This document shows positions 1 through 8,670 of a DNA stretch of 64,000 nucleotides, piece after piece. The DNA comes from Candidatus Latescibacterota bacterium (GTDB taxonomy: Bacteria; Latescibacterota; UBA2968; UBA8231). Each line of letters opens with the position of its first letter. Positions within the stretch are counted from its first letter, which is position 1. The notes under the pieces were generated by a model. It worked only from the letters and a program-made list of their open reading frames with translations, did no database searches and was not told where the DNA came from. The position numbers and the translations under genes were made by a program. The stretch spans positions 3,392,001-3,456,000 of the forward strand of contig OY730476.1 of assembly GCA_963422735.1 (NCBI GenBank), given 5' to 3'.

Positions 1-13
1 TAAGGAGTGCCGA

Positions 14-1063
14 GTGAAGCTACTCAAAGAGTTATGCGAAAGTGCGGGGGTGCCCGGCCGGGAGGATCGACTGCGCGAGATTGTGCGGCGGGAGCTGACG
101 CCCCTGACCGATGAGATGCGAGTGGATGCCTTGGGCAACTTGATCGCCGTGAAAAAGGCGAGCAAGAGCAAAAAGGCCAAGAAGCTAATGATCGCTGCGC
201 ACATGGACGAGATCGGTTTCGCGGTTTCGCACATCGACGAGCGGGGCCTTTTGCGGCTGGTGCCTTTAGGTGGGCACGATCCGCGCAATATGGTGGCCCA
301 AAGGGTCGTCGTCAGCGGCAAGAAGCGCGACTTGCCGGGTCTGCTCTACCCAGGTATCAAACCGCCGCACATCCAGACGGTGGCCGACCGCGATGCCAAG
401 CTGGCTATCAGCGACTTTATCGTCGATCTGTACCTGTCGCCGGCCAAGGTCAAGCGCGAGGTCGAGCTTGGCGCAATGGTGACGTTGCAGCGGGATTTTG
501 CTGAAATCGGCGATGGGGTTTCTTGCAAGGCGATGGATGACCGGGTTGCGCTCTACGTGATGATCCGCGCTATGCAGCAGGCCAAGACCTTTGGCTGCGA
601 GATCTATGCGGTGGCCACTGCACAGGAGGAGATTGGCTTGCGGGGTGCCCAGGTAAGTGCGTTTGGGATTGAGCCAGATCTAGGGGTGGCCCTAGACGTG
701 ACGCTGGCGGCCGATATTCCGGGGATACCCGAGCACGAGCAGGTGACGCGCTTAGGGCAGGGCGCGGCGATTAAATTGCTGGACTCGTCGGCGATCTCGC
801 ACCCGGGCTTGGTGGCCCGACTCAGAGGGCTGGCGAAGAAAAGAAAAATCAAATGCCAATTGGAAGTCCTCCCCCTCGGCGGCACGGACGCTGGGGCCAT
901 GCAAAGGGTTCGGTCCGGTGTGCCGGTAGCGACGATTTCCGTGCCGACTCGCTACATTCACACTTCGGTCGAGCTAGTTGACAAAGGCGATTTACAAGCG
1001 GCCGTGGATTTGCTGACCGCCTTTCTCGAAGAGGGCCATCGGGCCGACTTGACGCTCGTCTGA
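14..1063 (+). CDS. M42 family metallo-aminopeptidase (FrvX/YsdC-like)
   Basis: AHMDEIG, LGGHD, KAMDDR, QEEIGLRGA, GGTDA and RYIH motifs typical of M42 peptidases. Confidence 0.92.
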   Translation: MKLLKELCESAGVPGREDRLREIVRRELTPLTDEMRVDALGNLIAVKKASKSKKAKKLMIAAHMDEIGFAVSHIDERGLLRLVPLGGHDPRNMVAQRVVVSGKKRDLPGLLYPGIKPPHIQTVADRDAKLAISDFIVDLYLSPAKVKREVELGAMVTLQRDFAEIGDGVSCKAMDDRVALYVMIRAMQQAKTFGCEIYAVATAQEEIGLRGAQVSAFGIEPDLGVALDVTLAADIPGIPEHEQVTRLGQGAAIKLLDSSAISHPGLVARLRGLAKKRKIKCQLEVLPLGGTDAGAMQRVRSGVPVATISVPTRYIHTSVELVDKGDLQAAVDLLTAFLEEGHRADLTLV

Positions 1064-1155
1064 ACAACTGATGTTACGCAGTTTTCCAGACAATCCTTAA
1101 TTTCGCTCCAATATCTTGGATAACAGGCTTTGATAAACTACAAGATAGAAAACTA

Positions 1156-1344
1156 ATGCGTAACTTTAGTTATAAGAAAGGGACGAGAAAGCGATTGAAG
1201 CACGAAAGTGAGCGTTTGGGAGTACGTGAGACGAGTGAAGATGAAAAGAGCAAAGGAAAATGGGCACGGGCTATAAGATCGTCTCGTGAGAAGAGAGCAG
1301 AGTTTGAGGAGATAGAGAGGGCTGAAAATCAGAAGCGGGACTAA
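1156..1344 (+). CDS. small charged hypothetical protein
   Basis: 62-aa ATG ORF in an AT-richer stretch; no recognised motif. Confidence 0.3.
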   Translation: MRNFSYKKGTRKRLKHESERLGVRETSEDEKSKGKWARAIRSSREKRAEFEEIERAENQKRD

Positions 1345-1388
1345 ATTTAGTCCATTGATTGAGTTATGATTTCGCAAGGAGGTCTAAG

Positions 1389-1634
1389 GTGGAGAGTACT
1401 CTGATTGCTATTGGCGGCGTGGCTATTCTGGGGTTTCTGTGGAAAATTCGCGGGGATATTCCCGCCTTGGATCGGCGGCTCATCGAGCGCATTGGGGCCG
1501 TTGATGTCTCGTTGGGTAATAGAATTTCGGTGCTCGGTAAGCGCGTGGCCCGCATTGAGGGTTTGCTGGAAGGCTTGCACCGAGACGCGCCCCGATACCC
1601 CATCTCGGCTCCCAAGGAAATCCAGCGTCCGTGA
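1389..1634 (+). CDS. small membrane-anchored coiled-coil protein
   Basis: AGGAGG at 1377-1382 then GTG at 1389; N-terminal hydrophobic helix, then heptads ending RVARIEGLLEG. Confidence 0.6.
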   Translation: MESTLIAIGGVAILGFLWKIRGDIPALDRRLIERIGAVDVSLGNRISVLGKRVARIEGLLEGLHRDAPRYPISAPKEIQRP

Positions 1635-1661
1635 TTTCAAGCAAAAAAATAGGAGTCCCGA

Positions 1662-2607
1662 ATGACTTACGCGACCGAACGCGAAATCGAGGACTATCTT
1701 ACCGCCAATCCTGAAGAGATCGAGCCCGGCCTCACTCTGATCGCGCGCCAGCCTAAAGTCGGCAGCGACAAAGATGGACGTCGCGTGATCGTCGAGCTCA
1801 AAGCCGACGCCCTCGCCCGCAATGCAGTCGCTCAGCCGTCGAGTACGCTGCTTGGTTCCACAACGCGGGACTCGACGATATTGCCAATGCCATCGCCGGC
1901 AACCCGCACTTTGAGTACATTGAACCGATCACCAACCTCCCCAAGTCAAGTGGCACCGCACTCACTTCTCAGGCCGCAACGTAAACAGCATGCTTCCTCC
2001 GCGCATCGTGCTCGTCGGTGACGACCCTGACTTGACCACTCAACGCATCGTCGAATTTCTCGTCGAACACGATATTATGATCAAATTCCTGAACTTGGAC
2101 AGCCTTGCAGCTAATGCCCCTCGTGCCCTCGCTCTCGAAGTCAAGCAACCCCTCAGATGCTCCCCGAGGACGAGCGTAACAAACAAGGAACAGCTCGACC
2201 AGAACATCGATCATCATGGCGTCACTGGGTTGTTCGCAGCAGCTCGCGCCATGCTCACCGATCAGCTTCCCAACCTGACTCCAGTGGTCTATCCCGTCGG
2301 CATCTTCTACGCCATCCACTAAGACGGCCGTAAAACCAATTACATCGGGCTCGATGTCAATCGGAGCGACAAGGGTTCCATCGTCCTCATCGTTTTCAAG
2401 GACGCCTCCAGCCTGATTGGCAGCGAGGCCCTCGCCCCGCTGTGCAGTGCCCTCAATGGGCAGCCCGGCAGCGATCGTTTCTACAAGCACTTTGATACGC
2501 TCTTCAAGATCACATCTCTCGAACACTGGAGGCAACACCGCTTCGCCACCGCTGCCCTTGCCGCTAACCTGAATAGCAAGCTCCAAGCCGAACAGAATCC
2601 CCACTGA
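1662..2607 (+). pseudogene. degraded NucS/EndoMS-like PD-(D/E)xK endonuclease
   Basis: N-terminus EREIEDYL..PEEIEPGL..IARQ..VIVELK..AVAQ; continues in other frames (EYAAW, PRIVLVG); frameshifts and an in-frame TAA at 2320-2322. Confidence 0.7.
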
Positions 2608-2653
2608 TGGACGAAACCAAGCACTCGGACGTGGGGACGAAAAGAACATAAAA

Positions 2654-2677
2654 AAGCCCCTGATTTTTCAGGGGCTT
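2654..2677 (-). terminator. intrinsic terminator originally downstream of tRNA-Val (host copy)
   Basis: AAGCCCCTGA-N4-TCAGGGGCTT hairpin followed by a U-run on the minus strand. Confidence 0.75.
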
Positions 2678-2734
2678 AGAAGATGGTGGGCGATACTAGA
2701 CTTGAACTAGTGACCTCCTGCATGTCAAGCAGGC
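2668..2734. repeat. left prophage att site (displaced 3' part of tRNA-Val)
   Basis: 67 bp identical to 33806-33872. Confidence 0.96.
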
Positions 2735-2933
2735 TATACGATATTATTTTACATATACTTATGATCCTATACACAAGAAAATCCCAAGATGCACTCATAT
2801 CGCTGGCCTATGATTAGTGGGTAAACGGGATACATCCGGCGCGGAAAACTAGGGATTCTAGGACGGATTAGAATTGGGCTTGACCCCCAATTTCTCCATC
2901 GTATATTGTCGGTACAGCACTTGGCTAAAAAGC

Positions 2934-2982
2934 AAAAAAACACGGATGCGTACTCATCCTGAGTACTCGTCTGTGTTTTTTT
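2934..2982. terminator. A7/T7-flanked hairpin, probable bidirectional terminator
   Basis: AAAAAAACACGGATGCGTACTCA-TCC-TGAGTACTCGTCTGTGTTTTTTT imperfect inverted repeat. Confidence 0.55.
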
Positions 2983-3206
2983 ATGCCCGCCGCGGCAGGC
3001 GAGGTGGCCATCGAGTACGCGGTCGCTACGCTCGGGTGTCTGCCGTCTGGCCGCTGGCCGGGGGCCGAGGAGGTTCCCCGGCCAGCCTTTCTCCTGTCCT
3101 GTACGTCGTCAAGGGGGGGGTAAAGTAGAAAGGGGCGCTGCTGGTAAACCGTTGCGCCCTTTCTTCCGTTTTTTGTCGCGAATTTCTCGATTTTTGCTAG
3201 GTCATC

Positions 3207-3470
3207 ATGAGCAAGGTCCAAACCCTTCGCTGGTATGGCCGTCTCCGCCGTCGGCTGTTGTCAGAGGAGCCCTTGTGTCGGATCTGCCAAGGGGCGGGCT
3301 ATACGGTGGCGGCGGTCGAACTGGATCACATTGAGCCGGTATCGCGTCGGCCCGATCTGGCGGCCGAGCCGACCAACCTCCAGCCGTTGTGTCGCGCCTG
3401 TCACGAGGCAAAAACCGCCCAGGAGAACCGCCGGCGCGTGGGCGCGACGCTGGCGGGCGACCTGATATGA
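3207..3470 (+). CDS. terminase-associated HNH endonuclease
   Basis: PLCRIC...ELDHIEP...NLQPLCRACHEAKT; lies immediately before the small terminase. Confidence 0.92.
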   Translation: MSKVQTLRWYGRLRRRLLSEEPLCRICQGAGYTVAAVELDHIEPVSRRPDLAAEPTNLQPLCRACHEAKTAQENRRRVGATLAGDLI

Positions 3471-3907
3471 AGCGCGGCCCTAAGCCCAAGCCGCTGGCTC
3501 TCAAAGTGGTAGAGGGCAATCCGGGCAAGCGCCGCTTGCCGCCGCCCGATCCGAGCACCGCCCCGCTGGGCAAGCCGCCTTCTGAGTTGACGCAGGTCGA
3601 ACGGGCGATGTGGCGTCGGGTGGCGCGAGAATGCCCGTGGCTGAGGAAGGCGGACCGGATGCTCGTGGAAACCTACTGCCGGGCGTGGATTCAGATGGTG
3701 GTGGCCGATAGGAAGCTGGTACAGGCGGTGGTCGTGGACGCTGATCGATCTACGCTGACGCCGTTGCAACGAATGCTTGACCAAGCACGCAACGCCTGCC
3801 TGCGGATGATGGCGGAGATGGGGGCGACGGCCAGCAGCCGGGCGCGGGTGGAGGGCTTTGGGCGTACCGACCCGTCTGCTGATCCGGCGCAGCAGTATTT
3901 CGCATAA
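3467..3907 (+). CDS. terminase small subunit (P27 family)
   Basis: MKRGPKPKPLALKVVEGNPGKR N-terminus and MGATASSRAR C-terminal motif. Confidence 0.9.
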   Translation: MKRGPKPKPLALKVVEGNPGKRRLPPPDPSTAPLGKPPSELTQVERAMWRRVARECPWLRKADRMLVETYCRAWIQMVVADRKLVQAVVVDADRSTLTPLQRMLDQARNACLRMMAEMGATASSRARVEGFGRTDPSADPAQQYFA

Positions 3908-4653
3908 TGAACATCCAATACCTGGCCCCTGACGCGTTGAAGCCCTATCCTGGCAATCCGCGCCGCATCCCCCAATCGGCGATAGACGCGGTAGCCACGT
4001 CTATCGCCCAGTACGGGTTCCGTCAGCCTATCGTGATCGATGCTGATGCTGTGGTCATCGTCGGGCACACTCGTCTTGCGGCGGCGCAACAGCTTGGTCT
4101 GGCGTCTGTACCGGTTCATATGGCGAGCCTCACGCCAGACCAGGCGCGGGCGTACCGGCTGGCGGACAACCGCACTGGCGAGTGTGCCGGGTGGGATACA
4201 GACGCGTTGTCGGCCGAATTATCGGCATTGGCCACCGCGCTGAATGCCGACCTCGCGGCGCTGTCTGAGCGTAGCGCATTCGATGCAACGGAATTGGACC
4301 GCCTGCTTGGGCGGTCGTCGAGCCCGACCGATCCCGATGAGGTGCCCGAACCACTCGCTGCGCCGATCCCGAAGCGGGGTGATCTGTGGCGGCTCGGCCC
4401 CCACCGGCTGATGTGCGGCGACAGCACCCATGCCGAGGATGTAGGGCGGTTGCTCGGTGGGGCGGTACCGAACCTGATGGTGACCGACCCGCCATATGGG
4501 GTTGCCTATGAACCGGCGTGGAGAAATAGGGTTTTGAGATCGGATGGCTCGCCCACCGATGGGCGAGCCATAGGCCGACCTAAGAACGACGACCGCGTCG
4601 ACTGGTGCGCTGCGTGGGCCCTGTTTCCCGGCGCACAGGCCGAGCGGCTATGA
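3907..4653 (+). CDS. ParB N-terminal domain fused to a truncated amino-methyltransferase
   Basis: PYPGNPR, GFRQPIV, VGHTRLAAA, RLADNR (ParB), then HRLMCGDS and TDPPY; ORF ends before any SAM-binding DPFxGxG motif. Confidence 0.8.
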   Translation: MNIQYLAPDALKPYPGNPRRIPQSAIDAVATSIAQYGFRQPIVIDADAVVIVGHTRLAAAQQLGLASVPVHMASLTPDQARAYRLADNRTGECAGWDTDALSAELSALATALNADLAALSERSAFDATELDRLLGRSSSPTDPDEVPEPLAAPIPKRGDLWRLGPHRLMCGDSTHAEDVGRLLGGAVPNLMVTDPPYGVAYEPAWRNRVLRSDGSPTDGRAIGRPKNDDRVDWCAAWALFPGAQAERL

Positions 4654-6431
4654 GCGATCCTGTCACCACGTATGCCCAATCCGTCGTCGCCGGCCAGACG
4701 CTGGCCGGCCCGGCGGTGCGAGCGGCTTGTGCACGTCATGTGCGCGACTTGGAGCGGGACGATCTGCACTTTGATGCGCCGGCGGCGGTGCGGGTGCTCG
4801 GCTTCTTCGGCGACGTGCTGCGCCTTTCCGCCGGTGCGCACGAAGGCCAGCCCTTCCAACTGCTGCCCTGGCAACAGTTCATCGTCGGCTCGCTATATGG
4901 CTGGCAGCACCAGGAGGGCCGGCGGCGGTTTCGCCGGGCGTACATCGAAGTGGCCAAAGGTAGCGGCAAGAGTCCACTGGCGGCGGGCTTGGTCCTGTAC
5001 TCGATCTGCGCCGATGGCGAGCCCCGTGCTGAGGCGTATGTGCTTGCGCGCACGGCCGACCAAGCCCTGGTTACGTTCCGCGCCGCCGTCGCGATGGTCG
5101 AGCAGTCGCCCGCCTTAGCCCAGCGCTTGCGCATCAGCGGCGGCCAAAATCCCTACAACATCGCCCACCTCGACAGCATGAGCTTTGCTCGTCGGATGTC
5201 CAGCGAGCAGCACGGCAAGGGCAAGTCCGGTCCCTTACCCCACCTGATTGTCTGCGACGAGTACCACGAGCACGACACGCCGGCCATGCTGGAGTTTTTC
5301 GATGCGGGCACCAAAAGCCGCCGCCAGCCGCTGACGCTGATTATCACCAATGCTGGCTCGGGTGCCGATTCGCCCTGTGGCCAAGAGCACACCTATGCGA
5401 TGCGCGTGGCCGAAGGCACGGTCGCAGACGATGCCTATTTCTCCTACGTGTGCGCACTCGACGAGGCCGACGACCCGTTTGCTTCCGAGGCCTGCTGGCC
5501 GAAAGCCAACCCTTCATTGCCCCATATCCCAGGGTATGAGTACCTACGCAACCAGCAGGCTAAGGCGCAGGGGATGCCTTCCAAGTCCGCCCTAGTCGAG
5601 CGCCTTAACTTTTGCCGCTGGACCGATGCGGAAAGCCCGTGGCTTTCCCGCGAGAAATGGTTGGCCATCGAGGTGGACCAGCTACCGGCGGCGATTGAGA
5701 CCGCGCCTTGTTATGCAGCCATTGACTTGGCACTTAAAGCCGATCTGACCGCCGGTGCCTTAGTATGGGATGTATCGGACGGCGAGACGGCACGCTACGC
5801 GGGGCGGGTTATGGTCTGGACGCCCCAAGAGACGCTGGAGCAGCGGGCTGACCGTGATGGTGCGCCCTATGTAGCGTGGGCGCAAGCCGGCCATTTGATG
5901 GCCGTGCCCGGTGCTGTGATGCATTTCAGTCCGGTCGCGCAGTGGCTAGCGGCGGCGGCCAGCACCTATGACCTGCGGGGGGTGGCCTATGACCCGTGGA
6001 AGATAGATTTACTAGAGGGGGCCTTGGACGAGGCGGGCTTGCCCACCACGCGCGACGCGGGGCTGCCCGGCCTGTTGTTGGCCCCCCATCCGCAAGGCTT
6101 TGTCGCGGGCTCGAAGTCGGGGGCCGATGGCCGCGTCCCCCTGTGGATGCCGCGGTCCATTGATGCGCTGGAGGCCGCCGTTCTTTCGGAGACGATCCAC
6201 GTCGAGCGCAACCCGGCGCTGCGCTGGGCGGCCTTGGGCGCGGTGATCATCGCCGACGCCAGCGACAACCGCCGGCTGACCAAGCGCAAATCAACCACCC
6301 GCATCGATGCGCTGGTGGCCCTGACGATGGCTTGTGGGTTTGCCGCCGCCGGCGAGCACCAAGAGCGCAACCCCTTAGTGGACTACTACACTCAGGCCGG
6401 GACGATCCCGGCCTGGGATTGGAGGGTATGA
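4650..6431 (+). CDS. terminase large subunit
   Basis: LLPWQQF, RRFR, Walker A VAKGSGKS, Walker B IVCDEYH, ITNA, KANPSL, YDPW, RIDALVAL. Confidence 0.95.
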   Translation: MSDPVTTYAQSVVAGQTLAGPAVRAACARHVRDLERDDLHFDAPAAVRVLGFFGDVLRLSAGAHEGQPFQLLPWQQFIVGSLYGWQHQEGRRRFRRAYIEVAKGSGKSPLAAGLVLYSICADGEPRAEAYVLARTADQALVTFRAAVAMVEQSPALAQRLRISGGQNPYNIAHLDSMSFARRMSSEQHGKGKSGPLPHLIVCDEYHEHDTPAMLEFFDAGTKSRRQPLTLIITNAGSGADSPCGQEHTYAMRVAEGTVADDAYFSYVCALDEADDPFASEACWPKANPSLPHIPGYEYLRNQQAKAQGMPSKSALVERLNFCRWTDAESPWLSREKWLAIEVDQLPAAIETAPCYAAIDLALKADLTAGALVWDVSDGETARYAGRVMVWTPQETLEQRADRDGAPYVAWAQAGHLMAVPGAVMHFSPVAQWLAAAASTYDLRGVAYDPWKIDLLEGALDEAGLPTTRDAGLPGLLLAPHPQGFVAGSKSGADGRVPLWMPRSIDALEAAVLSETIHVERNPALRWAALGAVIIADASDNRRLTKRKSTTRIDALVALTMACGFAAAGEHQERNPLVDYYTQAGTIPAWDWRV

Positions 6432-7672
6432 TGGCCTTCGAGTTCGTGCGACGCCTCTTTCAACGGCTCCCTCAACCCGACCCGGACGACCCTGGCTTCT
6501 ACCGCCACTCGGCCGCTCCAACGGCTACGGCCTTGGCGGCGATACCCGCGGCGTATGCGGCCATCGGCCTGTTGGCCTCCAGCTTGGCGCAGTTGCCGCG
6601 CACGGTGGTGCGCCAGGACGACCCGCTCGACGATTACTGGACGCCCGAGCCGACCCACCCGGTGTCCGTCTTGCTGCGCTACCCATCGCGCTTGGTAGAC
6701 CCTTGGCTGTTTTGGGAGTGGCTGTTTCGCGGTTTGTTCACCCACGGCAATGCGTACGCTTGGATTCGTCGCGACGGAGCAGGTCGGCCGCTAGAGCTGG
6801 TCCCCGCAACCTGTGTGCATAGCCAGTGGGCTACGACCCGCCGGGTGGCCTACGACTTGGAGCTATGGGGGGTAGCCGACGCGGGCGGGGCCCCGCCGGG
6901 CATCCGAGCGTGGGCAAGCGACGTGATCGCGCTACACGGGCCGGGCTTTGAGGGCCTGTCCAGTCCCAGTCCGATCCAGTATGCGGCGCGGCGCACCCTC
7001 GAGGCTATGGCGGAGGCTACTACCCACCAGCAAGCACTCTTGCAGGGGGTCAACATTCGGACGGCGATCAAGGCCGACCCCTCGTTGGTTCGGTTGAACA
7101 AGGAACAATTAGATGCCTACCGCGAGAGTCTAAAGAAAACGTATGAGGGGGCGCGTAAGGCCGGCCAAGTGCCGGTGCTGCCGCCGGGCTTCGACTTGGC
7201 CACAGCCGGAGGTCTGTCGGCGACCGACCTCCAATTGATTGAGTTGCTCAAGTGGTCGGTCGAAGACATCGCCCGGGTGTATGACGTGCCGCCGCGCCGG
7301 CTGGGACACTATCACGCGGGCGTACGCTTTTCCACGTCCATTGAGGCGGATTCGGTCGAGTTCGAGCGCCGGCTGACTTCCCACATCCGCCGCGTCGAAG
7401 CCCAGTTGAGCGCCACGCTGTTGTCGAGGGACGACGCCGAGCGCGGCTTGGTCGTGTGCATACCGTCGGACCGCATCCGTGCGGGGAGCTGGTCCGAGCG
7501 CGTGGCGGCCGTGGACCAAGCGGTGGCCAAGGCCGGGGTGATAACCATCAACGAAGGGCGCCGGCACTTGCGCCTGCCGCCGCGGCCCGACGGCGACCGG
7601 CTGCTCCAGCCCAAAGGTGCGCCCGCGCAAACGCAAGAGACGGTCGGCGCCCCAGACGATGACGCCGCCTGA
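6428..7672 (+). CDS. HK97-family portal protein
   Basis: Follows TerL; GNAYAWI, SPIQYA, EDIARVYDVPP, TINEGR motifs. Confidence 0.92.
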   Translation: MMAFEFVRRLFQRLPQPDPDDPGFYRHSAAPTATALAAIPAAYAAIGLLASSLAQLPRTVVRQDDPLDDYWTPEPTHPVSVLLRYPSRLVDPWLFWEWLFRGLFTHGNAYAWIRRDGAGRPLELVPATCVHSQWATTRRVAYDLELWGVADAGGAPPGIRAWASDVIALHGPGFEGLSSPSPIQYAARRTLEAMAEATTHQQALLQGVNIRTAIKADPSLVRLNKEQLDAYRESLKKTYEGARKAGQVPVLPPGFDLATAGGLSATDLQLIELLKWSVEDIARVYDVPPRRLGHYHAGVRFSTSIEADSVEFERRLTSHIRRVEAQLSATLLSRDDAERGLVVCIPSDRIRAGSWSERVAAVDQAVAKAGVITINEGRRHLRLPPRPDGDRLLQPKGAPAQTQETVGAPDDDAA

Positions 7673-7679
7673 GTGCCCT

Positions 7680-7889
7680 ATGACGCCGGCGGAGTTTCGG
7701 GCCGCCCGCCAAGCGCTGCGGATGACCGTGATCGAGCTAGCCTATGCGCTCTCGGTGCATCCACGCACGGTACGCCGCTGGCAAAACGGGAGCACACCGG
7801 TGCCCGGAGTGGCGGCTGTGGCCCTACGGGGTTTGCTCGGAGCATTCCAAGCGCGGACAGGATGTCCGGCGGACAAAATGCCATCTTGA
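7680..7889 (+). CDS. small XRE-type HTH protein
   Basis: MTPAEFRAARQALRMTVIELAYALSVHPRTVRRWQNG. Confidence 0.75.
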   Translation: MTPAEFRAARQALRMTVIELAYALSVHPRTVRRWQNGSTPVPGVAAVALRGLLGAFQARTGCPADKMPS

Positions 7890-7920
7890 CAGTTTTCAGA
7901 CACAAGGGAAATTCAGGGGT

Positions 7921-8670
7921 ATGAACGTTCAAACGCTGCTAACGGTTCGGGCCGCCCGCTACCGGGCGGTCCAAGACCGAGCGGGCGTCTGTTTGCGCTG
8001 CCTAGACCCGGATGCGGCCGCAGTCGACACGGCGACTACGGTCGAGACCGGCACCGACGGTGCGCTAACGGTCCGCGTACAAGGGCCCTTAGACGACTGG
8101 TGGGGCTTTGATGTGCGCAAGTTGATACGTCAGTTGGATGAGGCTGGCCCTACGTCCATCCATCTGCTGATCGAATCGCCCGGCGGCTTCCTAGCGGACG
8201 GACTGGCACTCTACACCGATCTGCGCGGCCGCGCTCGTGACGACGTTACGGTGACCGCCGAGGCGCGCGGCGTGGTAGCGTCGGCCGCGGTGTTGCCGTT
8301 TCTGGCCGCCGACGAGCGTACGATGGCGACCGGCACGATGCTGATGGTGCATGAGCCTTGGTCGTACTTGGGCCTGTTGGGTTCCGCCGACAAAATCGAA
8401 ACCGACGTAGCAAGGGCCCTCCAGGGCCTGCGCGCCAGCGAACAATCCTTGCGCGACGTACTGACCCAGCGCACGGACCAGCCGCGTCCGAAGGTCAGCG
8501 GCTGGCTCAAGTCTGAGACGTGGTTCTCGCCCGAGGAGGCTATCGCGGCCGGCTTAGCCACCGCGGCTATCGAGGAAGAAGTAGAACTAGAAAAAGACCA
8601 GCAGGCTCGCGCCCTGGCGCGTCGCGTCATGGCGTCGTTTCGCCTTCAGTTACAAACGGAGACCCTCTGA
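7921..8670 (+). CDS. ClpP-type prohead maturation protease
   Basis: IESPGG, GVVASAA, LMVHEPW, ETWFSPEEA motifs; lies between portal and capsid. Confidence 0.9.
   Translation: MNVQTLLTVRAARYRAVQDRAGVCLRCLDPDAAAVDTATTVETGTDGALTVRVQGPLDDWWGFDVRKLIRQLDEAGPTSIHLLIESPGGFLADGLALYTDLRGRARDDVTVTAEARGVVASAAVLPFLAADERTMATGTMLMVHEPWSYLGLLGSADKIETDVARALQGLRASEQSLRDVLTQRTDQPRPKVSGWLKSETWFSPEEAIAAGLATAAIEEEVELEKDQQARALARRVMASFRLQLQTETL

Noticed and set aside
1969-2649. 226-aa minus-strand ORF
   Set aside because: Antisense to the NucS-like pseudogene; no motif.
2683-2734. Second tRNA-Val gene
   Set aside because: Only the 3' ~51 nt are present; the D-arm and 5' acceptor strand are missing, so it is the att duplication.
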